Shown piece by piece: positions 1-13,100 of a stretch of DNA of 64,000 bases. Location: NCBI GenBank assembly GCA_965153285.1, contig OZ229114.1; one strand, 5' to 3'. This stretch comes from Podarcis tiliguerta. Taxonomy: Eukaryota. The notes beneath the pieces are model-generated. The model saw only the letters and a program-made list of their open reading frames with translations, did not search any database and had not been told where the DNA came from. How positions within the stretch are numbered: the stretch's first letter is position 1; each line of letters begins with the position of its first letter. The position numbers and the translations under genes are program-made.

Positions 1-385
1 TTATGTGGAAATTGTTGAGTTTGGTTATGTGGTTTTTGATGTGTTTTGTTTATTTTTATGACTCCTTTGCTATGTTTGTAATGTGTAAATCTTTTCATAC
101 TGTAAGCAGCCTTGAGTATTGTTTTAACTGTGGACAGACGGCTTACATATAAAATGATGATGAGGATGATGATGACATCACCTCCCTTTGCCTACCTTTC
201 AAGCAAACAACCTCCCCTCAATCTGGACAAACCTGTTCAGCCAGATAGCTTCCCCATGACCACCAGCCACGATATATATGGGCATGGACACCTGCCCAAT
301 ATGAGGGGGAAGGCAGGGACCCCGTACCCCTATAAAGTGACCCAGTAAACAAGCCTGCAAACCCCCCAAAGCAGCAAGGCAGCAA

Positions 386-974
386 TGTCCCAGTGACAGG
401 AGCGAGCTGGCAGTAAATAACACCAAACAAGTTGGAGTTAACTCCTTATTAGCAAAAGCAAGATCTGCCTAATGAGCAATGCAACTCTTCTCCGGCAGGT
501 CTTGCCCCTATGAAGCAGTTGCTAAGGCTGAAGGTCCCCATCTGCTCACAGCTGCCTTAGTTCCCTCCTCTCCAGGGTTTTCCCCAAGCAATCTGAGACT
601 GCACCAGCACAAAACTAACTTCTCCTCCACCTTTTTCACACCTCTTTCTGGGAGACCTGGAGGGAGGGGAGTCTGTCGCAGCAGGAGGGGGAGACACCCT
701 GCCACCTTCCCCAGCCAGACTCTCTCTGCTTCTTGGCTTCCCTCCTCTCCTGTTTCAGCTTCTGCCCCTGATTCTGGATGTCTGTCTGTCACAGACTCTC
801 CCAGCTCACTAAGCCCTGTTACCTGTTCAGCTTCCGACACCTCCTCCTCCCTCCGACCACTCATCAACATCATCATCATCACACCACCAATCCCAGGGCT
901 CTGAGCCGCCTTCCCTTGAGGGTTCCCCAGCTGGTTCCTCCCACTATTCCTCTACATCCAACCAGCCCATGACA
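386..974 (-). mobile_element. Probable solo LTR in a ZFYVE27 intron
   Basis: TGTC...GACA termini, purine-rich body on the minus strand, AATAAG near its 3' end; no TSD found. Confidence 0.45.
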
Positions 975-1011
975 CCTAGCTTCCACGAAGTAGTCCTAAG
1001 GCAACACTCAC

Positions 1012-1107
1012 TGTGAAGAAAGAGAAGGGTTCTCCCAGTAGATGACGCGATAGACAGCCTCACATCCGCCACACAGCCGGCTCAATAGGGCCTCTAATTG
1101 GATTAAG
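1012..1107 (-). CDS. ZFYVE27: Protrudin coding exon 4 (LIQLEALLSRLCGGCEAVYRVIYWENPSLSS); gene continues past the left edge
   Basis: Hand translation; ttttccag| and |gtgagt; 96 nt. Confidence 0.92.
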
Positions 1108-3493
1108 CTGGAAAAGGAGATCACAGCAGATTTAAACATGTTCCTCAGGCCCCTTTGCGCACAACCTCACAGCCGCTGCATCAACCTATGCCCAAGCTGC
1201 TTCACAAATGGAGAAAAGTGATCCCCAGCCCCTCATTCAGTTCAAGACAAGGGTTGAAGTGCAAAAGAAGATTCCCTCATCCACACAGGGCATAGTTAGG
1301 ATGAGCCCTGCATAGGATGAACCTCCTATGCCAGCTAGCTCCAGGCAGGCAGGCAAGTTGGATACAGAAAGCAACTGTTTAACAAGAGGGATAAAAGCCA
1401 GCATGATTTGGATCCAGCACTCTTGTCTGTGGAGTATAGGAGACCCTGGTTTCACATCCACTGCTGAGGCAATCTTGGGCATCTCTTTCCTATAGCTACA
1501 AATCTGAATAATGACAACTAACTTAAGAGTTGCCGCAAAACTAACAGTGCAATCCTAACCACGGCTTGCCTGGACCCTATATACTAAAGGGGCATGTAGT
1601 AACATGGCACCTCTGCTCTTAACTTTTAGATGAAAGAATGCAGACTCCCATAAAGAAAGAGATTTGAGTTCACTGGCTACAACTCAGCGAGTCCTATGAT
1701 GGATGGGTTGGCTATCAGGCTCCAATGCCTTGTGCAAAATGCTGACAAAGTACCTACTGGCATGGTCAGCTTTGGGTAGGGAAGTAACGGGGAAAAGGAG
1801 AACTTGCCCTTGGATTCCAGCTGCTTCTCCCTATCTAAGTTGCAGGTTTCAAAAACTGAGCCGCTTTCTGAATTCACAGCACTCTGTGTTATGTGTTATG
1901 TCCTGATAAAACATCTATCAGAGCAGTTAACCGTCAGTCCTTGGCATAGGAAAATTCTGACGTCTTCTAAAATTTGACTTGCAAATCCTTGGCTGTTCAG
2001 ACATGCTGAAGTAATACAACATGTTAATAAAAAAAACATATTTTTAAAGAATAATAATAATCAAAATCCATTATTTCTTAAACAAAAGGATGCACCAGTA
2101 GTGTGTCTTCCTCATAAATAGGTAATAAATGTAGTAAATCCGAAGTAACGGTTACATTTAGCTGTAAATCAATATGTTTTAATAGCTCTATCGAGCAGCA
2201 AAAACACCCATTTCTTGGGGAAAATAACTGTACAAATGGAAAAGTTGATTAAAATCAATGATTTAAAAATGAGGCTTCTTGCCTGGTGATTGAAATCGAT
2301 CCACTGTCCTGGAAGGAGGATGCATACTTTGCGGCATGGGCAGGAGAGTCATGTAAATGCTTAGTAACTCTTCCTCCTAGAGCCACACTCCCAACTAGCA
2401 AGGGTGTGCAATGCCCCCAAAGGGTGAACGGCAGTAGTGCAGTAAAGCACCTTGGAAGGTAGCTAATCTAGAGGAGGAGTCAGCACTGCTCTCCCAGAGT
2501 TTCTTAAAAGTGGGGTCACCACCATCTTCCACACACGCAACATTACTGTGCAATTATATTCCCCCCAGTCATGACACAATTATTGCCCCACAGCAATGAT
2601 GAAATGGTTAGCACCTGCAATAGCATATGGACTATCCTGAAATATAGTCCCAACCTTCCCCCTCAACCACTAAGATTTGACACAAATGCCTGTGTTGCTG
2701 GCCAACTGCGTAATGCATTTGTTAGAATGCTGTGGGCAGTATCCGTGATAGGGTCCATTTGGGAAGATACTGTCTGCCAACCCCCAAAAAAGCCTCCATG
2801 ACACACACTGGCCTGTGCTAGTGCCTGTGCAGCTGTTTACTTAAACATTAAAAGATCAACTCTGCGCAGTTGTGCACAGCTCTTCAAGTGCACAAGTGCA
2901 TGGTTGAAGAAGAAGAAGCAGAAGAAGAAATGGATTATTGTGCCCTACTGGGCACAGCTTCAGAGCTATGTAGTTGTGCACCTGAAATATCCTTGTGTTA
3001 AAAAACACACACAAATGATTGGGAGAAATAAAAACTCAAAAGGAAAAATCAGCTGGTCAAAAATAAATGAAAAAGACATTGTAAGTGAAGAGGCTGGAAT
3101 CATAGAAGACAAAAGAAGGGGAATGGTGGAATACCACACAAACTGTGACACAGAAAGGTCACTAAATTAGTTGTGCAGGCTAAATTGCTCCCATTATTCA
3201 GGGTTGCACAATTGCACATTACTTATCTACAATGGAAATATCCACACAAAATACAGAAAAATGGTTACAAAAATCAAACAAGAGAAAAACACAATGACGA
3301 GGTGGAAATCTCGATCTTGCAACAGGTTGACTATTAAGCCCAGCGGATTCAGAATGACTGCAATATTCACCATCAGGAAAAAAAATGTGTAGTGTGAACA
3401 AGAAGCCCAAGAAGCATCCTTCCAATCACATACTTCAAAGGGACCCACCTACGGGTCAACACATTTTCTCCATCCTTCCCTGAGAGCACTTAC

Positions 3494-3680
3494 AAGCCCT
3501 TCACTTCAGCCACAGCCTCATGTCGTGCAAGCTGAACTTTCCTCACATCCTCACGCCGCACACTGTGGTACCTACGACGTGCCAGCTCTTCTTCACTCAG
3601 ACGGATGCGGCATGTCTCCTGCAGGTAGCCCAGCAAGGCTGGCACCGAGACCAGCAGGACGCAAAGCCCATACCACGCAG
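3494..3680 (-). CDS. ZFYVE27: Protrudin coding exon 3 (AWYGLCVLLVSVPALLGYLQE...EAVAEVKG)
   Basis: Within ORF 3490..3714; ccag| and |gtaagt; 187 nt. Confidence 0.94.
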
Positions 3681-3765
3681 CTGGAATGAAAGGTGGAATA
3701 GATGCAGAGATCATTTTACCACCCCACTGTTTGGCCAGTCACAACACACCTGTACCACTATCACC

Positions 3766-3950
3766 TATAGCTCAGTGGTAGAGTGTTTGCTTTGAACACA
3801 GAAGGTCCCAGTTTCAATCCCTGGTATCTCCAGGTAGGAGAGGGAATGTCTTCTTTCTCAACACCTGGAAAACTGCTGCCAGTCACTGTCAACAATAATG
3901 AGTGTGACATACCAATGGTCTGACTTGATATAAGGCAGCTTCCTATGTAG
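3766..3950 (+). mobile_element. Older tRNA-derived SINE (relatives near 27470-27640 + and 6530-6610 -)
   Basis: TAGCTCAGTGGTAGAG head, degenerate B box, body shared among copies. Confidence 0.6.
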
Positions 3951-4154
3951 TACCCCATAAACCACCTGAAAGGAGGCCCATCTGTCTGCCAGTCACTCCA
4001 TTTCCTTACTACCTCTCACAATTGGTTCTGCTAGCCCTCATAATCTGCCTCCAATAACATATTCTATTCCCCACAGGATCAATCCCCCAAGGCTCACATC
4101 ATACCTGAAAGGAGGCCTATTGAGTCCCCAGCACAAAGGTCCAACATTTCTCAC

Positions 4155-4225
4155 CTTCACTAAGAGTCAGCAGCAGAAAGTTGAGGCCCAGGCAAGTAAG
4201 GAGGGAGCAGAGAGGCATCTGCCAG
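4155..4225 (-). CDS. ZFYVE27: Protrudin coding exon 2 (WQMPLCSLLTCLGLNFLLLTLSE)
   Basis: Hand translation; cacag| and G|gtgag; 71 nt, phases fit both neighbours. Confidence 0.93.
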
Positions 4226-4761
4226 CTGTGAAACATACATGATCAAGCATTTATTGCCACGCCAAAAGGATATTTAGCTGTACAAATGAAGTATGAACAT
4301 GAGAATGGTGGAGATGGAAAGGGCAAGCCTAAGTTTAAGTCTCGGGTCATGGAGTACATTAACTTACCTTGAGCACAGAAAAACGGTATATAAATAAGAA
4401 ATCAAATTAGATTGAATGAAGACAAAAGCAAGGTAAGGGTAGGGTATTTTTTAAAATGGGGGAATGTTGTAATCAGCCACAGACACTAGCCAAGTCACAA
4501 ATGCAGCAGCATATCTTGTTTAAGCCCAACTGCACACAGCGTTTCCCATGCTGAATGCTTGGTGTCTCTTAGAACAAGTGGAATTAAGTATTTGGCCAGG
4601 ACTCTTCATCTTCTCTCTTTTTTCTCCCACTTGCAAAAGTGAGACTCCCAAAGAGCCTGTGCTTTTCTGCCCTCCAACATGGCAGGAGACAACAACAAAA
4701 ATTTCTCTAGCTCCACCACAACCATCACCCACAAGGTGCAACTAAGTAGTTGGGCACCAAC

Positions 4762-4964
4762 CTGAGGAGGAACCACACCCCTTCCGCAATATCCTGCAGT
4801 GGTTCCAAGTACAGCTCCAGTCGCTTGTAGGATACTACTAGATTGAAGAGATCCAAGGAAGGGGGCTTGGGTGGCAAAGGAGAAACTGGTTGGGAATCGG
4901 AAGCCGTGGGGCTGTCCAGTCCATTCCCTGTGGTCGCTCCACTCTCACGCTCTGGAACCTGCAT
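4762..4964 (-). CDS. ZFYVE27: Protrudin, first coding exon (MQVPERE...DLFNLVVSYKRLELYLEPLQDIAEGVWFLL)
   Basis: Matches the protrudin N-terminus; CAG acceptor 1 nt before the ATG; AG|GTTGGT donor; 203 nt, phase 2. Confidence 0.93.
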
Positions 4965-5799
4965 ACTGTAGATGTGAAGGTTGAGAGGAACACAAAAAAG
5001 AACAATAAAAATAGTCAACTCTTCCCCACCCCTAGTGTGAAGGAAACAACAGAGATGACCTTTGGAAAGGGCAGGGCTCACATCCCCCCATGCAAAGGAA
5101 CTGCATTCACTATGACTGGGCAAGTCATGAGAAACAGATACCTGCAACAGGTGTCACTTTTGCCCCACTGAGGCCCCAGAACCTGCATGATAGGGAGAGC
5201 CAACACACAAATTGTCCCAAGAGCTGCAGAGCCATGGGGAAGCTCCTCAAAAGCATCTCCTCCTTTTGCAAACAACAACAACAACAACTGCAGCCACCTG
5301 GGAATCACGGTGGGGAAACATCCCCTGTAACCCTATGCCATATATACCAAAAGGCATGCAGACAGTCTGTGCTAATTAATCTGGCCTAATAATTTATTTT
5401 ATACAGCCACAATTGCAAGCACATATTAAAATATATATCCATAAACATGCATCAAAGGCACAGAGAGAATCCATTCTTGTAATCCTCTTTAGCTAATCTA
5501 GCAGGATAGGTCCAGGGTGACAAGGGACAAGCAGCCCACATTAAGTGATACTCAAAATACAGCATCCAAGAATGTGGGGTGCATCTGCGACACGAGAGGA
5601 ACACGTTCAGGTGGAGAGAGGAATGACCAGATCATATTCTGCAACTTATTTGATATTGGCAATGTCACTACCTGGGTCACTCCGGGTGAATCAAAAGGGG
5701 CAAAACAGGACAGCATGGGATGCTCCTGCCTGCTAGCTCAGTACTTGGGAGGCAGGCAAAATGTCTTCCTCCAGACAAGGAGGTTAAAATGACCAGCCT

Positions 5800-6500
5800 C
5801 TTCTCTCTACCCCCGAGGGGCTCCTGCGCCATGGCAGGCAGAAATCCAGCAGGTGAAGCGCTCTCTATCAGATCCTCCCAGCGCCGGGTAAGCTTCATCT
5901 GCTGCACTTCCGCACATCGCGGCACAGCAGCCCCTTCCCGGAAAAGAAAAGAAAAACGGGAATTCAGCCCTTGACGAGCTGCACCCCGGAGGCTCCGGCG
6001 GAACCAGCGCTCAGCTTGCGGGGCAGCCACAGAGCTCCGCCGGAGGAGGAGGCGCCGCCGGCTCGTCCCACCTACCTCTACACAAGCGGCCCACAAACCC
6101 TACGGCCCCAAATAGGGCGAAAGGGCGGAGCCTCCCCTTCCACGTCCAACCTCGACCTCACCCGTCTCGCCAACACCGCCGCGGCCGCCGACACTTCCTG
6201 GGCAGAAGGACCCGGCTGTGCCTCAGCTCCGCTGCGCAGCGCACGCTTCGGGGAAGCTGCGACCTGACCCGCCCACCTGAGGCAGCCGGCCAATCAGAAG
6301 CGCGGGAAGCGGCCGCCGCCGCGCGCGTCCTCTCCTGGAAAAGCTGCAGCTCCTATTGGGCAAGAGCCTCCCACCGCCAGCCTATGGGAGCCTTCGTACT
6401 TCTTATTCGCCGCGGGCCGCTTTTTATAAGCTCAGTGATTCGTCCCTTCCCCGTCTCTGAACTGCTTTTTCCGCCAGTCGTTCTGCCCACTCTGATTGGC
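5800..6500 (-). promoter_or_regulatory. CpG-island promoter and probable non-coding exon 1 of ZFYVE27 (candidate donor at 6162/6161)
   Basis: CpG-dense; CCAAT/ATTGG boxes near 6290, 6355 and 6496; ETS-type CAGGAAGT on the minus strand near 6192-6199; GG|GTGAGG donor. Confidence 0.7.
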
Positions 6501-6921
6501 ACTGACTTTCTAGGATTTGAGGCAGGGAGCTTTGCCCAGCCCTGCCTTGAGATGCCAGGGACTGAACCTGTCTTTCTGCATGCATCCACTGAGCTACGGC
6601 CCTTCTGTAATTTGACCTGCCTTGGATGCTATGCACTTTGACCTGGGTGTGCGGGTCAATTGCTGTTCCACCTCAGACAGCAAAATGTCTTGGGCTGACC
6701 TGAATCTTCCCAGAGGAACTCGCTGAAGTCCAGAAATTAGCACTAACCAGCCCTGAAGTCTCAAAAGATCTTAAGTAGCTCATAATATTCACTGAAGGTT
6801 ATGGTATCCCAGGGAGCCTATGGCATGGCTTTGTACATGCTCCTGGGAGATGGTGCAGTGACAGGGTGTGATTTTTGTGATCAGACTTGTGGGGCACAAA
6901 GCAGGCTTCAGTGGTCCAAGA

Positions 6922-7050
6922 CATGGCCGTAGGCAGGGTTTATGTTAGGGAGGGAAGGCTTTATGTTAGGGGAGGCAGAACCTCAGTTAAGTATTTTTAT
7001 TGATTTATTTGATTTAGGGGGGCAGCTGTCCCGCCCCAGCTACACTCATG
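6922..7050. mobile_element. Same small hAT-type MITE family
   Basis: CATG termini, shared GGCAGAACCTCAGTTAA core; TSD GTCCAAGA/GTCCAAGG. Confidence 0.7.
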
Positions 7051-7636
7051 GTCCAAGGGGAGATTCCAGGAGGGAGGAACTCCAAATTCAAATATGAAGC
7101 TAAAAGCAAAGATCTGCACCAGCAAAAGAATGGAAATGGATTGTTAAATTGGGTAGCCTCAAGCCAGCTATTAAGGACCTGCAGGAGCAGTACCATACAC
7201 CAAAAAGAAACCTGATTAATTCTCTGCATAAAGCTGCTGCTAAAATACTTTGACAATACATCCCATCCATTCTTTTTTATCAAGTGAAATAAGTGGCTGC
7301 CTTGAATAAAAACTAATGCAACATGTGTATGGAGTCCTATGAAATTTCATTCAGGCAAATTCTTCAGGCTGGTTATTACTCTTTATCTTCTAATTTTATA
7401 TGTACACAAATTCTATAAAGTTGCATATAATGGTCCCTTTCATACATTATGCTTTAAGTGCAAAACGGGGACAAAAGGAACTCAAATGAATGCTCATTCT
7501 CAAGTGCAATTTCACTCAGAACCCACAAGGTGGCTGTCCAGATCCGATAACTGATCTCTGCTAAGATGACAACAACAGGAATAGGCAGCTGCTCGCACCT
7601 CAGTGGGATTCTGCTTCTGCAAAAATAACCTATGTA

Positions 7637-7862
7637 CTGTGGTACCTCAGGTTAAGTACTTAATTCGTTCTGGAGGTCTGTACTTAACCTGAAACTGTTC
7701 TTAACCTGAAGCACCACTTTAGCTAATGGGTCCTCCTGCTGCTGCCGTGCCACCGGAGCACGATTTCTGTTCTCATCCTGAAGCAAAGTTCTTAACCTGA
7801 AGCACTATTTCTGGGTTAGCAGAGTCTGTAACCTGAAGCGTATGTAACCTGAGGTACCACTG
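7637..7862. mobile_element. Tc1/mariner-pogo-type MITE, copy 1
   Basis: TIR C(A/T)GTGGTACCTC...GAGGTACCACTG, TA on both flanks, internal TAACCTGAAG repeats. Confidence 0.8.
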
Positions 7863-7931
7863 TACAACTTTGAGCTGAGAGCATCTGAAACTACCTAAGA
7901 ATACACTGCCTCCCTCAAGTTATTTCTTTAC

Positions 7932-7936
<5 letters not shown>

Positions 7937-7980
<44 letters not shown>
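7937..7980. repeat. (CT)n(CA)n compound microsatellite
   Basis: Read directly. Confidence 0.95.
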
Positions 7981-8609
7981 TCTAATGCCAGTCTGCTACT
8001 GCTTTTTCCCCCACAGTGCTTTTTGGTTTTGTATTCACTGTGTGCATTTATCCAACATGGCTCTACTATTAAACTAGAGGCAGACATTTATGAGCATGTG
8101 TTACTGCATGATTACATTGCACAAGTACAGAAATGGCTTTGACTGTAGAATTTAGCATCTTGAGGAGCACAATGGCCATTGTAAAAAGGACATTTTAGAC
8201 TTGAAGTTCACAAAGTAGGCTTGAAAACAAGTCTGGTGAAATCTCAGAAGGATTTCCAGTGGTTTGGGGTGGGGTTTCTCAGGCTTCCTTCTGCAACTAG
8301 AAGAGAAGCAAAATAACCCTGCACCACAAATTTAAAGCTGGTTTCACTTTTTTGTATTGAACCTAGGAACTCCTGTTCTTTGAGGGAACTGGTTCTAAGC
8401 ACTTTACATCTGCAGTATGAATATGTTTTGTCACAGCTGAACTAAAGTGCTGTGTGGCTAAGGAATGTTATTGATCTGAAGCAAACTTGTTGCTTTGTGT
8501 GGAAAATGTTCTTGCTGTCTAGCAACAGGAACTGATCAGCACAGGCACAAGTTTTGAAGTGCTTGGAAAAGGAGTTGGATCTGGGCTTTAGCCAGTTGGC
8601 ACTTCCCAT

Positions 8610-8634
8610 AGGTAGGTAGGTAGGTAGGTAGGTG
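8610..8634. repeat. (GGTA)n microsatellite
   Basis: Read directly. Confidence 0.9.
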
Positions 8635-9945
8635 GCAGCTCTTGGAAGAACAAGCTTGGTGTATAATGGGTGTCAGAATCAGGGATTGGATTGCCAGCTT
8701 ACCTTGTAACATAGCCAGTTTTCAGTAGCAGTGGGTGTGTTTACCATCAGAAGAGCACCACACTAATGCTGCCAGGTTTGGTAGATTAGTTAGTTTAACT
8801 TATAAAAATGCAGTAATCAGTTAAAATGTGCCCCTGATTAATTGGGTAGCAATTTTTTAAATGAAAGAAATAAACTCATTGTGGTTATTTGTACTAATAT
8901 TACATATAATACCAGGGGTGGCATGCACTATCTTAGAAGATGCAATAAAACGTAAAACTAAACAATAAAAACCATTTTAACAAGTTAACAAGAGACAAAA
9001 GTTAACCTTTGTTGAAAGGTGTATTATTAATTGCCTGCATAGGCCTGGGAGAATAAAAAAAAAATCAGCAGGCATTTAAAAGTTGGCACTTAAAAGTTGA
9101 GATACTTTGTCCAGGGTTTGAACTTACACATGAGAAACCCATGTTGTTTGGGAGTCGCGCTATGGTTCCCAAACAAAACACCATGAGTCCTGGCTTCTCC
9201 TCCTCCAACAATGCTATCCAGAGTGTTCTGATGATTCTCTAGGTGGGAGCAATTTGCTGTCTGTGAGACTGAAATCCCTTTTCCTGGGGCGCCTGTGGGT
9301 TCTCAATGCATGCTTCCTACTGAATTGACCAGGGAACTGGCTGACTGTTGGGATCGGAATGTCAGCCTTTCCATGTCTGGGCCTGTCTGTTTGCCTAGCA
9401 AAAGACGGGTTACTGTGAGTAGGATGCAAACTGCTCTCTGGGGGGGGGGGGGGGAGTCTGAAGCTTGTGTCTGTATGTATTTGACTCTACACTCCTCTTA
9501 ATTGTGCCACAGTACCTGATGAGGTAGCAGCGACCTAGTGGACGACTAAGGTGTTGTATAAGTAGTGGGAGTCTACAATGATTAGGGCAATGCCATGAAA
9601 TTGTTCTGCCATTGTCATGTGTTGATTGGTGCCTTCCATGTGTGAGTAATGTGAGGCATTGGTGCACAATGCTGTGATTGATGAATTGCTGTTGCTGTGC
9701 TACCTTTGGTTTCTGTTTTGTGTTACTCTTTGTGTTACTGTTTTGTTTTCTGCTTTGCTACTGGGAGTATAGAGGATTGTGGATACAACCTTGGTGGCTG
9801 ACAATTGAGTGATTTCTTTAATAAGGCTGTTACCCTGACTGCAACCTCTTGTTCCAGTGTTCACAGAATTTTATTCAGAGAATGACTTTGACTCCAGAAA
9901 CCTGATCTCTAAGGCTCTCTAAAGCATCTCTAAGGCTCACTAACA

Positions 9946-10192
9946 CCAGTGTGGTGTAGTGGTTAAGAGCGGTAGCCTCATAATCTGGGGAACCGGGTTC
10001 GCATCTCCGCTCCTCCACATGCAGCTGCTGGATAACCTTGGGTTAGTCACACTTCTCTGAAGTCTCTCAGCCCCACTCACTTCACAGAGTGTTTGTTGTG
10101 GGGGAGGAAGGGAAAGGAGAATGTTAGCCACTTTGAGACTCCTGAAGGGGAGTGAAAGGCAGGATATCAAATCCAAACTCTTCTTCTTCTTC
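9946..10192 (+). mobile_element. tRNA-derived SINE with (CTT)n tail (Squam3-like, name from recall)
   Basis: A box TGGTGTAGTGG, B-box-like GGTTCGCATCT, CTT-repeat tail. Confidence 0.7.
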
Positions 10193-13100
10193 CAAAAACA
10201 ATTGTAGACACCGCTCCAAAAATTGATCCAATAAACAGCCAACACCTTTCCTGCCTTATACCCCTTCACCTCTCAGTGTTTCCCTCTATCTACCCCCAAA
10301 AGGGATGCAATGACCTCTTGAGTATCCAACAGCTGAAGGAGATACAGTGCCCTGTATTTAGGACTACTCATTCTCTGTCTGTTTTGACTCGCAGGCTGCC
10401 CTGCTTCTCTATTCTCAAATTCAAAAATTCCCCATTCTTCTTTAAACTGGCTGGCAGGTAATCAGCAAAGTCATTACGGGTTTGTGGATTCCTGGAAGGG
10501 CCAGGATTTAAACCTCATATTGGCTCATAACCAGCTTGTGCTTGTTTTGAGATGATGAGGGGTCTTACATCATGGACTTCTGCCGCTGCAGCAGCATAGG
10601 CTGGTGTGATTCAGAGAACTCCCTAGATAGAGAGCACCTTTTGCCAGACATGATGGCTGACTGTGAAGTGGACAGATAATCCAAACCAGGGCTGCTGTTG
10701 CATTATCTGCTTGTCCAGTCTCATATCCCAATATAGCAACTGGAGTATGGAACCAAATAATGCCTCAATGTGGCTCCAGTAAGCTGTTCCTCTCTGTGAC
10801 GGACAGCAGAGCCAGACCAGAGTCTGGTGATGCAGTCCCTCGGAAATTCCAGCAGAGTGCTGGAGCCTCTCGCTGATTGACAGCTAGCCACAGAGTCAGC
10901 TAGCCACAGAGGGGAGAGGAGCAGCACTTTGGAGGGGGAATAAAAGGAGCAGTTTCTGAGGGAGAGAGTTAGACAGGGCTTGATTTGAGATGAGAGATAA
11001 GGCTTGATTTGAGTTGAGAGATAGGGTTCAGATTGAGTGGGAGATAGGGAAGTGAGATAGGGATTCCAAACTTCTGCCTACTTAAAATAAATCATTTCAA
11101 GAGTAATGAATGCCCTGAATTTGTAGGAAACCACATACTTTATCAACCCTTTAGATCAAGGCTGGAGAATCTGTGGCTGTTGCTGAACTACCAAGCTATC
11201 AACCCTGACCATCAGCCATACTTTGGCTGGCACTGATGGGACACAAGTCCAACAACATCTGTCCACACATCCCTGCTTTAGATACATAGAATAACCTTCC
11301 ATGTTCATGACTGGCTAGCAGCCAGGGCCCTGGTACTGTACCTATAACTTACATATTATGTGACCGTTTCATATTCAAAAGGTCCCTGACGTCATCTTGA
11401 TAGATGACGATAGCACAGCATCAATGGAATAATTGCCCTTTGCTTGCTTAAAATGGAGTAACAGAGATAAGAAAATCAATATCTCTGAGTAAATTAGTAG
11501 CAAGAGAGTTGTGAAATACACTGCAGCACATCTCCAGGTTTGCTCTGACGGCTTTCTTAAAACACACACACACACACATAGCTGGGTTGGTGACAATGAA
11601 ATTGGTATCTTGTGGTGCCTGGAACACACAGTCAAAGGGCAGGGCATGTGATAGGTGTAAGGTTGAGTGAGCAAGGATCAGCAGTGAGAAGTAAAAAGGG
11701 TCTGGCCCAGGAGAAAAACCTACAACCTTCAAATCCAGAGAGAGAGAATAGGAAAAGGGGGAAGATACAGGGGATCTTTTCTATTCTGATGCTGCAGGGA
11801 GCCATAAAATAGGTGATGGATATCACAGTTATGCTTTGTTTATGAATGTCCCTATGGTATTCATTAGCCACTTTTGTCAGATTGAATGCTGAGCTAGATA
11901 AAGCATTGGTGTCACTATTTTGGAGAAAAATACACACCATAAATTTAGGTTTGTGCAATTAAAGGGACCTGGCACAACAAATTCACTTTAAAAAACAAAA
12001 CTTCTGTGGCTGGGAAAGCAACAGGAAAATGCATTAAAAAGTGTGAGATGATGACTGATGAGAAGACATATAGGGTGTTATTTAAGTTTTACTCAGAGTA
12101 GACCCAATAAAAATAATGAACATGGAAAAGTAGGTCCATTAATTCCAATGGGTCTACTCCGCATAAAACTTCATTGAATACCACACATAATTTCCATGCA
12201 ACCAAAACAGATAGGATGCTCATTGTCGTGACCTTCCTACAAACAAATTTGGAAATGTATAACCTCTATGTAATCTCTGTGCAAGTAAATAAATGTTCAG
12301 TAAATACCCTTGGCAGAGTACATTAATGAAGATGAAAACAGCTGGGGAGCAAGGTTTTTATTACATGTAGAATAGAAGGAAGAAAGTCAGGAATGTCCAG
12401 AGGTTGGAGGCCAAGGGTTTTTTGGAAACTCCTGCAGTCCACTCTGAGATATGATTTCTTAAGCATGGTTGAAGTGGGCTTTTTCATTTGGTGTTGCTGG
12501 AATAGGGTCCATTTATCACAGGGAAAAGAGGCTCCAACAAGAATGATCCTATTCCTACCATTTGAAAAAAGGTAGGGATATATAGGCACATTAAATGTAG
12601 CATCTTAGCGAAAGATAGCTGTGGTAGCTGCTCTGGGAGTTTAGCACAATTAGACAAACAGTAGAAGTCAAAGGGGTGCAGGGGTCTCTTATCCAAGGCA
12701 CTTCTATATTTCAGAGACAGAAATCCAGTGGTGGTGAAATCCAATGTGTGACAATCCGTGAGCATGATGAAACCTTCAGTTTACATGGTAGCAACTGGGG
12801 GTTGATCCTAGTTCCAAGGTTTGTATGGTTAGTGCTGTCACATTCTTATATTTCATGTAAAGTCATGAGACATGCAGGAGTAGTAACCGACAGCACTGGA
12901 TCCTGTTTCCCTGCTAAGCACGGGGAATTTGGGCACTCTGCACCCTGACCCTGTTAGAAGTCTTCCATGTGATGTAACTGTTTCTCTTCACAGTTGCCAT
13001 AGAAATATTTTCCTCCCCTTTTCCGGCCCAGAGCCAGCTTTTGCAGTAATTACATTTCCTCCACGGTCGACCATTCAGCTGCAGTGCCTGTCTGCAAATT

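Noticed and set aside
508-882. 124-aa acidic ORF beginning MMMMM
   Set aside because: Lies inside the probable LTR, starts in an (ATG)n-like run and has no recognisable homology
3766-3840. tRNA-like sequences here and at about 9950 and 36105
   Set aside because: They are SINE heads that run into repeat bodies, with no intact cloverleaf
7325-7380. Minus-strand CTGAAGA-stem-GAAA resembling a hammerhead ribozyme core
   Set aside because: Stem I does not pair and stem III is marginal; compatible with chance
9143-11150. Short hairpin at 9143-9179 and LTR-like stretches near 9150-9900 and 10700-11150
   Set aside because: Could not define termini, TSDs or coding remnants by eye; needs a repeat search
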